From NCBI GenBank assembly GCA_903895725.1, contig CAITUV010000063.1, positions 51,902 to 115,901 on the forward strand: a stretch of 64,000 nucleotides of DNA, written 5' to 3'. The translations under genes were made by a program, and so were the position numbers. The notes beneath the pieces are model-generated. The model searched no databases and was not told the DNA's origin. It was given only the letters and a program-made list of their open reading frames with translations. Source of the DNA: an uncultured Myxococcales bacterium. Lineage in GTDB: Bacteria > Myxococcota_A > UBA9042 > CAIXZC01. Positions 27,133 through 35,843 of the stretch are shown here, one piece after another. Within the stretch, counting starts at the first letter, position 1; every line of letters begins with the position of its first letter.

Positions 27133-30100
27133 ATGCATTCCCGAGCTCCCGACTCAGCGAGAGGCTGGCCATCGACTGCGGCTCCGGCCGTCCTCGTCGC
27201 GCTGTTCCTCGCCCTGTCCGCCGCCGACGTCCAGGCCCAGGTCTTCTCGTCGGACCGTCCCGGCGGCGTCACGCTCGCCCCCCTTGGCACCAAGGACAGC
27301 CTGAACAACTGGTCGCTGGGTACCAGCGGAATCGTCGGCTGTACCGGTGGCCCCGCGTTCATGCTGACCGTTGCCACCCAGGGGTCGATCTTCGCGGTCA
27401 GCGACGGCATGTTTGACGGCATGCCCTATGTCTGGCCCATCGCCTCCATGGAGGACCTGGGCGACGCACTGGCCGGCAGCTCGGTCTACCAGATCAACGC
27501 GGTCGCGTCGACCCCGTCCCGGGACCTCATCTACGTGGGCTTCCAACCTGTCGCCTGGACGGCTGCCGTGCCCATCGTGAGCGTCGATCTCCACGGCGAG
27601 GTCACCCCGGTCGTCACCTCGGCCGAGCTCGAAGAGGTCGCCGGTCCCGGCGCCGCCGTCATGGCGCTCTCCGTCGCTCCCGATGAAACCCTCTATGCCT
27701 CGATGAGGTCGCAGGTGGAAGGTACCCTCATCGAGATCCACCCGGACCAGCCGGAGGGGCAGCGGGTCAGTGCGCGGCTCACCACCGACGATCTGCTGAG
27801 CGAGCTCCCTGCCGTGAGCCACGATATCCCCTGGATTTGGGGCAACTCCATCGCATCGGACGGGCAGGGCAGGGTTCTGTTCCAGGCCGACGTGGTCCCT
27901 GAGGGAGGCGATGATCCCCTCTGCGTCCTCATCCGCCTCGATCCGGACGGTACGCTCGTCGAGATGACCTCACGGGAGGGGGAGATCCCCGCCCTTCCCA
28001 GCTATGACTTCAACGTCCCCGACTACCCCTGCCAGAGCACCCGGGAAGGGCTCGTCTATGATCCCGTGTTCGACCTCGTGGTGGGCGTCGGCAACGGCAT
28101 GTGGTTCCTCTCCCCCGACGAGCCGGGCAAGGCAGACCTCGTGCTCCAGCCGTTTGCCATCGAGAGCCTCGTGTACGAGCTCATCGGGCCGGACTATGTC
28201 AATCACCAGCCCAGCCCCGCGGCCCCCGGCAACTGCCTGGGCTTCATCGGTGCCCAGGGGGTCCGGGTCTACGGCTCGATGAAATGGATCCTCTACGGCG
28301 TGGCCCTCGACCCCCTTCGCCTCGACCTCGATCGGGACCTCCTGCTCGGGGAGGAAGAGGGGGTCTGGGGAACAGACCCCGTCGAGGCCGATTCCGACGG
28401 CGGGGGCCTCGTGGATGGAGCCGAGGTGCTCGACCACACCGACCCGCTCGACCCTGCCGACGACCGCGTCCTCCCGTCCTTCTCCGACCGCTGGAGCATG
28501 TCCGCACGATTCTGGGGATCCCGGTTCTGGGACGCGTTTGCCGGCACCTTCAACCGGTACGTCGTGGCGAAACCGGACGGCAGCCTCCTCTTCTCGGTAT
28601 GGGGCAACCAGCCGGGGCGCTGCACCGTGGCCCGCTGGACCGACTGGGACCACCCCGCCCAAATGCTGTCCCAGGGGGCCTGCGAGTCCCACCAGGAGCT
28701 CGACAAGGACGGAAACATCCTGTGCGACTACGACACCCCGTCGTCCGGTGCCGCCACACACCCCGTCGACGGATCCCCCGCTGCCCCTCTTGTCGATCCG
28801 GCCGTCCAGGACGTGCTCGTCGGCGATTCGAACGTCACGGGGATTGCCGCCCGCCCCGACGGAACCCGCTTCGTGGCCTACGAGAACGGCCGGCTGCTTC
28901 GTATCGAGCCGGATGGCTCCGCAGCGCTCCTCTACGACTCCCATGAGGACCTGCTGAAATCGGGGACCATCGACGAGAACGACGGGTGCTTTTCCTGCTG
29001 CACCTGCTCCGCCCCTCTCGGCCCTATCGTCTACGAGCCGGTCCGCTCGATCGTGTACGTCTGGGTCAACTTCACCCTCTACTATGGGAGCACGTCCTTG
29101 TCGCCCATCCTGGTGGCCGTCCTGCCGGACAACTCCCTCCGGATCATCGTCGAGGCCGACATCTTCCGCCCGTTCCAGGCTCAGCTCGGCGGCCAGAGCA
29201 TCGTGGACGTGGAGCCCGACATGTCCGGAGGCCTCTGGGTCCTGACCACCTCCGGAATCGACCGTTCTCTTGCCCGCCTCGATGCCAACATGGTCCTCCA
29301 TACCGACCCCTGGTTCGCCACTCCCGTTGGCATCACCGGCCCTGGCGGCCCCGGTGACATCCCCTGGTGGGCCCTGGCTCACGCAGACGACATCGCCGTG
29401 ACCCCCGATGGCCGGGTCTTCCTCCTCCCCATGTACAGCTACGAGCAGTACCCCCCCGCCTACTTTCCCTCCGAGCTCATCTCGGTCGAGCCTGTGGTCC
29501 GGGCCGGCGACATCCTCTCCGTCCACCCGCAGGAAAAGGGCCTTGGCAAGCTCGACCCCCGAGGCGGTGGCATCAACCTCGTCTTCGAGGGAGATCTTCA
29601 GCGCCCCGTCTCCGTTGCCGGGACCGTCGAGAAGGTCGTCGTCGCCGACGCCGACCGCCACGAGCTGCTGGTCTATGAGCTCAAGAAAGACGGATCGCTC
29701 AAGAAGCCTGCCCCTCTCGGACAGATCCAGGAGCCGGGCGGAATCGACATCGATGCCGACGGCAGCATCCTCGTCGTGGACCGGGCAGCCAAATCCGTGC
29801 TGCGCGTCGAGTCCGACGGCACACAGACCCCCGCAGTCCAGGGCAACCCCTTTGCTGACCCCCGTGACGTGGTCGCCCTCCGGTCCGGCGAGCTCGCAGT
29901 CTCGGACAATTCCGCCGGGAGCATCTTCCTGGTCGGAGCCGACCGCGTCGCCAAGCCGGTGGCCTCGGCTCCCGGGGCCGATGCTCTGACCGTCATCGAC
30001 GGTCTGGCATGGGTCGTCTCCACCCCGGCGGACAAGCTCCCTCCGCTTCGCATCGCGTCGGACGGCCAGACCCGTCTGGGCAGCAAGGTCCCCCAGGAGC

Positions 30101-31548
30101 TCGCCTATCTGGACAACCCCGGCGGCATGAGCGCAGACCTGGAGGGGAACGTGTTCTGGATCGTCTGGGGCGGCTTCCACTTTGACTCGGTCTACAACGC
30201 CTCCCAGACTCGGGTCCTGCGCCTGACGCCAGACGGCTACATGTCTCCCATGGTTCGCTCCGGCCTGCCGTCCACCCAGACCCCGGGAGACGTCTACGTC
30301 GTCCGCTCAAGCGACGCACAGCTTCCCCGTCTCCCCGGCGAGGTCGAGCCTCCCCCTCCGTTCGTCGAGGCCGTCGACGGAGCCGACGTCGCCACTCATC
30401 AGGACATCGCCCCGGCGGATACCATCGACGGTTCCCCTTCTCCCTCTACTTCGGGTGGCTGCAGCGCAGCTCCGATCCGCTCTGCACGGTTCAGCAGGGT
30501 GCTCCCCGCCGCCGGACTGCTGGCGCTCATCTGCTTCCTCGGTTTCCTGGCCCTCGTGCGGTACGGTCGCTTCGGGCGTCATAAGTCGGCGGGTGACGCA
30601 ACATCGCGGGAGTTGTGTCGCTCCGGGCGTCATAAGTCGGCGGATGATGCAACATCGCGGGAGTTGTGTCGCTCCGGGCGTCATAAGTCGGCGGATGATG
30701 CAACATCGCGGGAGTTGTGTCGCTCCGGGCGTCATAAGTCGGCGGATGTTCTGGCGCCGGCCCTCGGCCTGCTCCTTCTCCTGGGGCTTGTCAGCCTGCC
30801 GGGATGCTCTTCTCCCCGCACCCCGTCACCGGGAGACGTCACGACCGACGGCGGAGCAGAGGCCTCCGTGGGGGACGCCCGGTATGCGCCTGAAACCATC
30901 CCCCCCGAGTGCAAGGGGAAGGACCTCTGTCCTCCCGGCATCGACCCGGTCTGTGCGGGTCCGACCAGCAGCAGGAGCTGCCATCTCGACCAGGACGGAT
31001 GCTATGTCTGGTCCAAGGAAATCGTCTGCCCTGGCGGTGTGGCGTGCAAGGACGGGATGTGTCAGATCTGCTTCCCGAACTGTCGGGGCCTCCAGTGCGG
31101 CGATGACGGATGCGGCGGCTCCTGCGGGGAATGCGCCGCTCCGGAGACCTGCTGCAACGGCTTTTGCGCCCCCTGCAAGGTGGATTGCTCCGGCAAGGCC
31201 TGCGGCGACGACGGGACGGGCGGCACCTGTGGCAAGTGCCCGGCAAACTTCGTCTGCTCCAAGGGTAAGTGCTTCCAGCCCGGCACCGGGACGTGCGTGG
31301 ACTACTTCGAGTGTTCGTCCTCCTGCCCGGAGTGGAGCGACCCCTGCTGGGAAGACTGCGAGTCCTATGCCTCGGACCAGGCCAGGTATCAGGCCACCCT
31401 TCTCAACGCTTGCACCCTCGAGCAGTGCGCCCCCTGCCTGGACATGAAGCCGCGTGACAAGGCCCTCGAGTGCCTGGACGAGTGCGCCCTCGAGTACTGT
31501 TCAGCACCTCACGACGCTTGCGTCAACGACATTCCCCCGAACACGTAG
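27133..31548 (+). CDS. Very large exported protein: NHL/beta-propeller repeats, Ca-binding DxDxDG-like motif, internal MYXO-CTERM-like signal, repeat linker, second lipobox, Cys-rich tail
   Basis: AGGAG before ATG 27133; signal peptide ending VQA; TDPVEADSDGGGLVDGAEV; SGGCSAAP plus TM; LVSLPGC; CGDDGCGGSCG repeats. Confidence 0.8.
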   Translation: MHSRAPDSARGWPSTAAPAVLVALFLALSAADVQAQVFSSDRPGGVTLAPLGTKDSLNNWSLGTSGIVGCTGGPAFMLTVATQGSIFAVSDGMFDGMPYVWPIASMEDLGDALAGSSVYQINAVASTPSRDLIYVGFQPVAWTAAVPIVSVDLHGEVTPVVTSAELEEVAGPGAAVMALSVAPDETLYASMRSQVEGTLIEIHPDQPEGQRVSARLTTDDLLSELPAVSHDIPWIWGNSIASDGQGRVLFQADVVPEGGDDPLCVLIRLDPDGTLVEMTSREGEIPALPSYDFNVPDYPCQSTREGLVYDPVFDLVVGVGNGMWFLSPDEPGKADLVLQPFAIESLVYELIGPDYVNHQPSPAAPGNCLGFIGAQGVRVYGSMKWILYGVALDPLRLDLDRDLLLGEEEGVWGTDPVEADSDGGGLVDGAEVLDHTDPLDPADDRVLPSFSDRWSMSARFWGSRFWDAFAGTFNRYVVAKPDGSLLFSVWGNQPGRCTVARWTDWDHPAQMLSQGACESHQELDKDGNILCDYDTPSSGAATHPVDGSPAAPLVDPAVQDVLVGDSNVTGIAARPDGTRFVAYENGRLLRIEPDGSAALLYDSHEDLLKSGTIDENDGCFSCCTCSAPLGPIVYEPVRSIVYVWVNFTLYYGSTSLSPILVAVLPDNSLRIIVEADIFRPFQAQLGGQSIVDVEPDMSGGLWVLTTSGIDRSLARLDANMVLHTDPWFATPVGITGPGGPGDIPWWALAHADDIAVTPDGRVFLLPMYSYEQYPPAYFPSELISVEPVVRAGDILSVHPQEKGLGKLDPRGGGINLVFEGDLQRPVSVAGTVEKVVVADADRHELLVYELKKDGSLKKPAPLGQIQEPGGIDIDADGSILVVDRAAKSVLRVESDGTQTPAVQGNPFADPRDVVALRSGELAVSDNSAGSIFLVGADRVAKPVASAPGADALTVIDGLAWVVSTPADKLPPLRIASDGQTRLGSKVPQELAYLDNPGGMSADLEGNVFWIVWGGFHFDSVYNASQTRVLRLTPDGYMSPMVRSGLPSTQTPGDVYVVRSSDAQLPRLPGEVEPPPPFVEAVDGADVATHQDIAPADTIDGSPSPSTSGGCSAAPIRSARFSRVLPAAGLLALICFLGFLALVRYGRFGRHKSAGDATSRELCRSGRHKSADDATSRELCRSGRHKSADDATSRELCRSGRHKSADVLAPALGLLLLLGLVSLPGCSSPRTPSPGDVTTDGGAEASVGDARYAPETIPPECKGKDLCPPGIDPVCAGPTSSRSCHLDQDGCYVWSKEIVCPGGVACKDGMCQICFPNCRGLQCGDDGCGGSCGECAAPETCCNGFCAPCKVDCSGKACGDDGTGGTCGKCPANFVCSKGKCFQPGTGTCVDYFECSSSCPEWSDPCWEDCESYASDQARYQATLLNACTLEQCAPCLDMKPRDKALECLDECALEYCSAPHDACVNDIPPNT
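30568..30748 (+). repeat. In-frame 51-bp tandem repeat, about 3.5 copies (RSGRHKSADDATSRELC)
   Basis: Units start at 30568, 30619, 30670 and 30721 (partial). Confidence 0.95.
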
Positions 31549-31742
31549 AAGCCGTGTCGACGAGCCGGACCGGAAGGGGATCCGTCCGACCGATGCATCT
31601 TGGCAGCGGGCGAGTTCGCCCTGCAGGCAGCCGGCTCGGAGGCGAGCCCCCCTGTTGCCGTCGATCGTGGCATCCGCACCGAGGTTGCAAACCTGACCCC
31701 GAGTCCGTAAACTCCGACTCAACTGAGAGGAGGTGCTCGCCA

Positions 31743-33275
31743 ATGAGGAACATGCGGCTGTTGTCTATCCTGCTCCTGGCCGGTCTGTCCGGCTCGTGCG
31801 GCGACCGGCCCGACCCATTCGAGTCCTGGGAGGCCCCCCAGGGACCGTACATCGTCTCCAACCAGGTCGCCTACCTGGACAAGAACTGGGACGAGCTGGT
31901 CGTGCTCGGAGTCGAGAAGAAGGATCCGACGCCCACGGTGCAGCGCATCCCGGTCGAGGCCGAGGCCTCCGTCATCGGCACCCTCACCTCCGTCGACTCG
32001 CTGCTCCTGCGCGTCCCCGGAACCGGGCGCATCCAGAGCGTCAAGCCCGCCCTTGCCGAGGTCACCGACTATGACCTCGAGAGCCCGTTCGATCGGTTCC
32101 TCATCCGCCAGGATCCGCCCACGCTGGCGGCCTGGTTCAGCGAGAATGCCCAGGCCGGCGATTCTGCGGTCCTGTTCAGCAAGGGGGACGTAGCCTTCGT
32201 CGACCTCACCAGGAAGAAGGATGCGGTCACCCGTTTCACGCTGCCCACTTACGGCGGAGCGCCCCTGGGGGTCGAGATCGCAGACACGGTGCCGGCCGCA
32301 TCCGGAAGCCGGCGCTTCGCATTCGTCCGGTGGAACTCCTTTCTCTCCCTGGTCGACATCGACAACTCGAAGCTGAAGGAGACTGCAATTCCTCTCAAGG
32401 CCCCCGATTCGGACGCCCAGGTGTTGCCCCTGCCGCTCCAGTTCGTGACCGGCTCGAGTCACCTGACCGCGCTCTTCCTCGCCCAGGCCAGCCCCGACCT
32501 CTACGTCCTCGACGTCGATGCCGAAGCGGCCCAGGGAGCGGGTACCGGAGTCTCCCTCAACGTCTTCCCGACCGCACAGGGGGCCTCGACGTTCAAGACC
32601 TTCATGGACAAGGACAACCTGCTCACCGTGCTGGTGCTCTGCCCCGGCTCCAGGACCGCCGCCGTCGTTCGGCCCGAGACGTCGGATGTCCTCCTCTACC
32701 CCCTCGACTTCACCGCCCACGACGTCACCGTGTTCACCATGCCCGTCGAGGACGGCAAGGAAGAACGCTTCGCCTTCCTGTTCAGCAGCAGCGGCGATTC
32801 CTATGGCTACTATTTCGTCGAGCTCGACCACCTGGCCGACAAGAAGAGCAAGGCCTTCCACCTCTTCAACCTGCCTGCCCCGGTCCGCCGGGTCTACATG
32901 GTCGACAAGGATCGGTTCCTGGTGATGCACTCGAGCGGCTCGTCCCCCATGTCGCTCGTGACCGTCTCCTCGGGCGAGGTGATCTCTCTGGGAGGCATCC
33001 CCAACCTGTTTGCCGAGGTGTTCGCTCCGGACGGCACCACTTTGTACGCGCTCAGCCAGTCGGGCCGCATCGTCCGCTTCGACACCGCCGACTTCTCGGC
33101 CTCGAGCATCGACGTCAAGCACGTGGTCAGCCCGGGCAGTCTGAGACTCGTGGCCGACAAGGGGCTCCTCTTCGCCTGGGACGACAACGGCCTGGTCGTG
33201 GCACCGGACGACTTCGAAACCGCCAGCGACGCGGTGGAGATCGCCCAGCCCGTCCTGTTCGGCCTGGACCGCTAG
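31743..33275 (+). CDS. Hypothetical lipoprotein, predicted beta-propeller
   Basis: GAGGAGG RBS; lipobox LSGSC; repeated short beta-strand pattern. Confidence 0.8.
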   Translation: MRNMRLLSILLLAGLSGSCGDRPDPFESWEAPQGPYIVSNQVAYLDKNWDELVVLGVEKKDPTPTVQRIPVEAEASVIGTLTSVDSLLLRVPGTGRIQSVKPALAEVTDYDLESPFDRFLIRQDPPTLAAWFSENAQAGDSAVLFSKGDVAFVDLTRKKDAVTRFTLPTYGGAPLGVEIADTVPAASGSRRFAFVRWNSFLSLVDIDNSKLKETAIPLKAPDSDAQVLPLPLQFVTGSSHLTALFLAQASPDLYVLDVDAEAAQGAGTGVSLNVFPTAQGASTFKTFMDKDNLLTVLVLCPGSRTAAVVRPETSDVLLYPLDFTAHDVTVFTMPVEDGKEERFAFLFSSSGDSYGYYFVELDHLADKKSKAFHLFNLPAPVRRVYMVDKDRFLVMHSSGSSPMSLVTVSSGEVISLGGIPNLFAEVFAPDGTTLYALSQSGRIVRFDTADFSASSIDVKHVVSPGSLRLVADKGLLFAWDDNGLVVAPDDFETASDAVEIAQPVLFGLDR

Positions 33276-33284
33276 GAGGATACC

Positions 33285-34016
33285 ATGCGAAACGGACTGA
33301 TTCCCTGCAAGGCCTTCTCGGCCATTCTGCTCGCCCTGGCGCTCGTGGCGCCTCTCCAGGCCCTGGCGGAAGAGGACTTCCTCGAAGTCCACCTCACCGG
33401 TGGCTTCGAAACCGTGCTCACCCAGGATGGCGGGTTCGACTACGTCTCCAAGACCGACTGGATGGCGACCGGCACCGTCGCCGCAGAAGTGGAAGTCTGG
33501 GACGAGCTCTTCGTCCGCCTGGCCCTCGCCTCGGGCGATTCCTCCGAGTACTTCTACGACAACTACTTCGCCTCCCTCTCCATCGTGGAACCCCAGCTCG
33601 GCCTGCGCAAGGGGTACTCCATCGTCGAGGGGATCCGCCCCTACGTCGCGGCCATCGCCACCTACACCGTGGCGGACGTGGACATCGACCTGACGTCCGA
33701 GACCGGCATCTCCCGTGATTCGGGCATCGGTGACGGACGGTTTGGAGGCAAGTTCTCGGGCGGCGTCGAGCTGTTCCTCCCCCGCCGGGTCTTCCACGGC
33801 AAGGGAGAGCGCAGCGGCTTCTTCAAGGACTTCACCCTCGGGATGTCCGTCGAGTGCGGATACGCGCTTCGGCAGGCGATCCCGCTGAGCGGACTCTCGC
33901 AGGAGAAGGAGCAGGGCACCACGGGGAAGGACTCGATGATCCCGGGACGGCACGATCTCGGCGACCTTTCCCTGTCCGGCTTTTTCATCGCCGGCGACTT
34001 CCGCTTCATGTTCTAG
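33285..34016 (+). CDS. Probable outer-membrane beta-barrel protein
   Basis: Signal peptide ending LQA-LA; alternating amphipathic strands; C-terminal FRFMF. Confidence 0.75.
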   Translation: MRNGLIPCKAFSAILLALALVAPLQALAEEDFLEVHLTGGFETVLTQDGGFDYVSKTDWMATGTVAAEVEVWDELFVRLALASGDSSEYFYDNYFASLSIVEPQLGLRKGYSIVEGIRPYVAAIATYTVADVDIDLTSETGISRDSGIGDGRFGGKFSGGVELFLPRRVFHGKGERSGFFKDFTLGMSVECGYALRQAIPLSGLSQEKEQGTTGKDSMIPGRHDLGDLSLSGFFIAGDFRFMF

Positions 34017-34027
34017 GAGGTGACGAG

Positions 34028-35707
34028 ATGAAGACCTTGCAGACAAGAGCACTTTCGGCCCTCCTTCTGGCGCTCGTGCCGCTGGCCATGGCCCTGTACG
34101 GAGCAGGCTGCGGGGCCGGCGGGATGGATACCGGGGCCGCATACGAATCCGACTGGGGCGGCGCTGGCGGCGGTCAGGGCGGGTACGAAGATACCCTTTC
34201 CCCTGCTGGGGACGTTGCTGCCTCAGCGGACTACGGCCCTCCGCCTACTCCCGAGGAGGAGATGCTCCTCAACCTCAAGGCCCCGCAGGCCAGCCAGAAC
34301 TACGTCTACATCGCAGCCACGGACCGGGATTCCCTCGTGCGGATCAGCGCGGACGACCCGCCCCAGATCGACATCATCCCGGTCGGAGGACACCCCACCG
34401 TCGTCGCCACCGTCCCCGGCTCCGACACCGCACTCGTCATCAACTCCGGAACGCAGGACGTCTCGATCGTGCGCACCCAGGACGGCAAGGACGACGTCAC
34501 CACCCTCGACGTCCTCCCCTATGTCAACCTCCTGGCCGTGTCGCCGGACGGCAAGTACGCCATCGCCTACTACAATGACCTGGCCGCCGAGCCCGGCGAC
34601 CCCGTCGGCGACTTCCAGACCATCTCCGTCATCATCCTCGAGGAGGGCAAGGACCAGGCCCGCCTCGTCTCCACAGGCTTCCACATCACCGAGATCTACT
34701 TCCACCAGAGCAAGTCGATCGCCTATCTCGTCACCAACGACGGCATCTCGGTGCTCGAGCTGGACAAGGTCAAGGACGGCGTGATCACGCCGATCATCCC
34801 GGTCTCCGAGGACCCCCTGGACGACCCCGAGATGCGGGAGGTCCTGATCACCGAAGACGGGGACTTCGCCGTCGTCCGCAACCTCGCCGAGCCCGTTGTC
34901 TCCGTCGTCGACCTCGAATCCGAGCTCATCGTGACCACGGAAGTCAAGGGACTCCCCACCGACGTCGACCTCATCCCCGGAGTCGACAAGGTGCTCCTCA
35001 CCCTGCGCGAGCAGGGGCTCGCCTACGTGGGCGACCTCGAGAAGCTCCAGGCCGGCGACGACGACGCCCTGATCTCCATCGACATCCAGGGGAGCCAGGC
35101 CGGCGCCGCAGTCGTCACGGCCGACGGGACCCGGGCCGTGCTGTACACCACGGTCGGGATGGTCAAGGCCGTTGCCGTGATGGACCTTGACGACGCAGCG
35201 TACCCCTGGAAGTCCTGGCCCCTCCAGAAGGGGGTCGTGGGCGTGGCCGTCTCCGACAAGGGCTCGACCGCCGTCATCTTCCACCAGGCCGAAGGCTACA
35301 CCGCCGGCTCCAGCGACGTCGAGAAGACCATCGCTGCCACCGAGGGGTTCACCCTGTTCAACATCGAGTCCGGCTATCGCAAGCTCATCCAGACCGAGCA
35401 CCGCTACACCCAGCACCTGTTCGTCGCAGACAAACAGAAGGGGGACCTGGCCGCCTACGTGCTCACTCCCGACCCTTACGGAGGGGCCTTTGGCGTGACC
35501 CACTCGGTCCAGGCCGCGGTCCTGTCCACCTACATCTCGACCCCCATCCCCATCGCGTCCGAGCCCGTGGCCATGGTCTTCATCCCCCAGGCCCGCAAAG
35601 TCGCCGTCGCCCAGGACCACCAGAACGGACGCATCACGTTCATCGACGTGGATACGGGCAAGACCTGGTCGGTCACCGGCTACGAGATCAACGGCATGAT
35701 CCACTGA
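34028..35707 (+). CDS. Lipoprotein with YVTN/YncE-like beta-propeller
   Basis: GGAGG RBS before ATG 34028; lipobox YGAGC; IPVGGHP, LAVSPDGKYAIAY, VAVSDKG blades. Confidence 0.82.
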   Translation: MKTLQTRALSALLLALVPLAMALYGAGCGAGGMDTGAAYESDWGGAGGGQGGYEDTLSPAGDVAASADYGPPPTPEEEMLLNLKAPQASQNYVYIAATDRDSLVRISADDPPQIDIIPVGGHPTVVATVPGSDTALVINSGTQDVSIVRTQDGKDDVTTLDVLPYVNLLAVSPDGKYAIAYYNDLAAEPGDPVGDFQTISVIILEEGKDQARLVSTGFHITEIYFHQSKSIAYLVTNDGISVLELDKVKDGVITPIIPVSEDPLDDPEMREVLITEDGDFAVVRNLAEPVVSVVDLESELIVTTEVKGLPTDVDLIPGVDKVLLTLREQGLAYVGDLEKLQAGDDDALISIDIQGSQAGAAVVTADGTRAVLYTTVGMVKAVAVMDLDDAAYPWKSWPLQKGVVGVAVSDKGSTAVIFHQAEGYTAGSSDVEKTIAATEGFTLFNIESGYRKLIQTEHRYTQHLFVADKQKGDLAAYVLTPDPYGGAFGVTHSVQAAVLSTYISTPIPIASEPVAMVFIPQARKVAVAQDHQNGRITFIDVDTGKTWSVTGYEINGMIH

Positions 35708-35807
35708 GCTCCCCGGGCCCAAGTCGAACCGCAGGCAATCCTTGAGCACACCTTGAGCCCGGAACAGGCGAACTCCCTTCTGGTTGAGAAGTTCTCTGGC
35801 CGACGGC

Positions 35808-35836
35808 TTGTCAGGGGGCAAGGGCCGGGGTAGAGT
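35808..35836 (+). promoter_or_regulatory. Putative sigma70 promoter of a possibly leaderless transcript
   Basis: TTGTCA-N17-TAGAGT followed by 7 nt and then ATG 35844; no SD sequence. Confidence 0.45.
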
Positions 35837-35843
35837 CGCTCCC

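Noticed and set aside
30568-30748. 51-bp repeats as a mini-CRISPR
   Set aside because: The whole unit is repeated with no unique spacer, and it lies in frame in a CDS
31549-31742. Hairpin-rich leader upstream of the propeller operon as a riboswitch
   Set aside because: No cobalamin, TPP, SAM or c-di-GMP consensus elements could be identified
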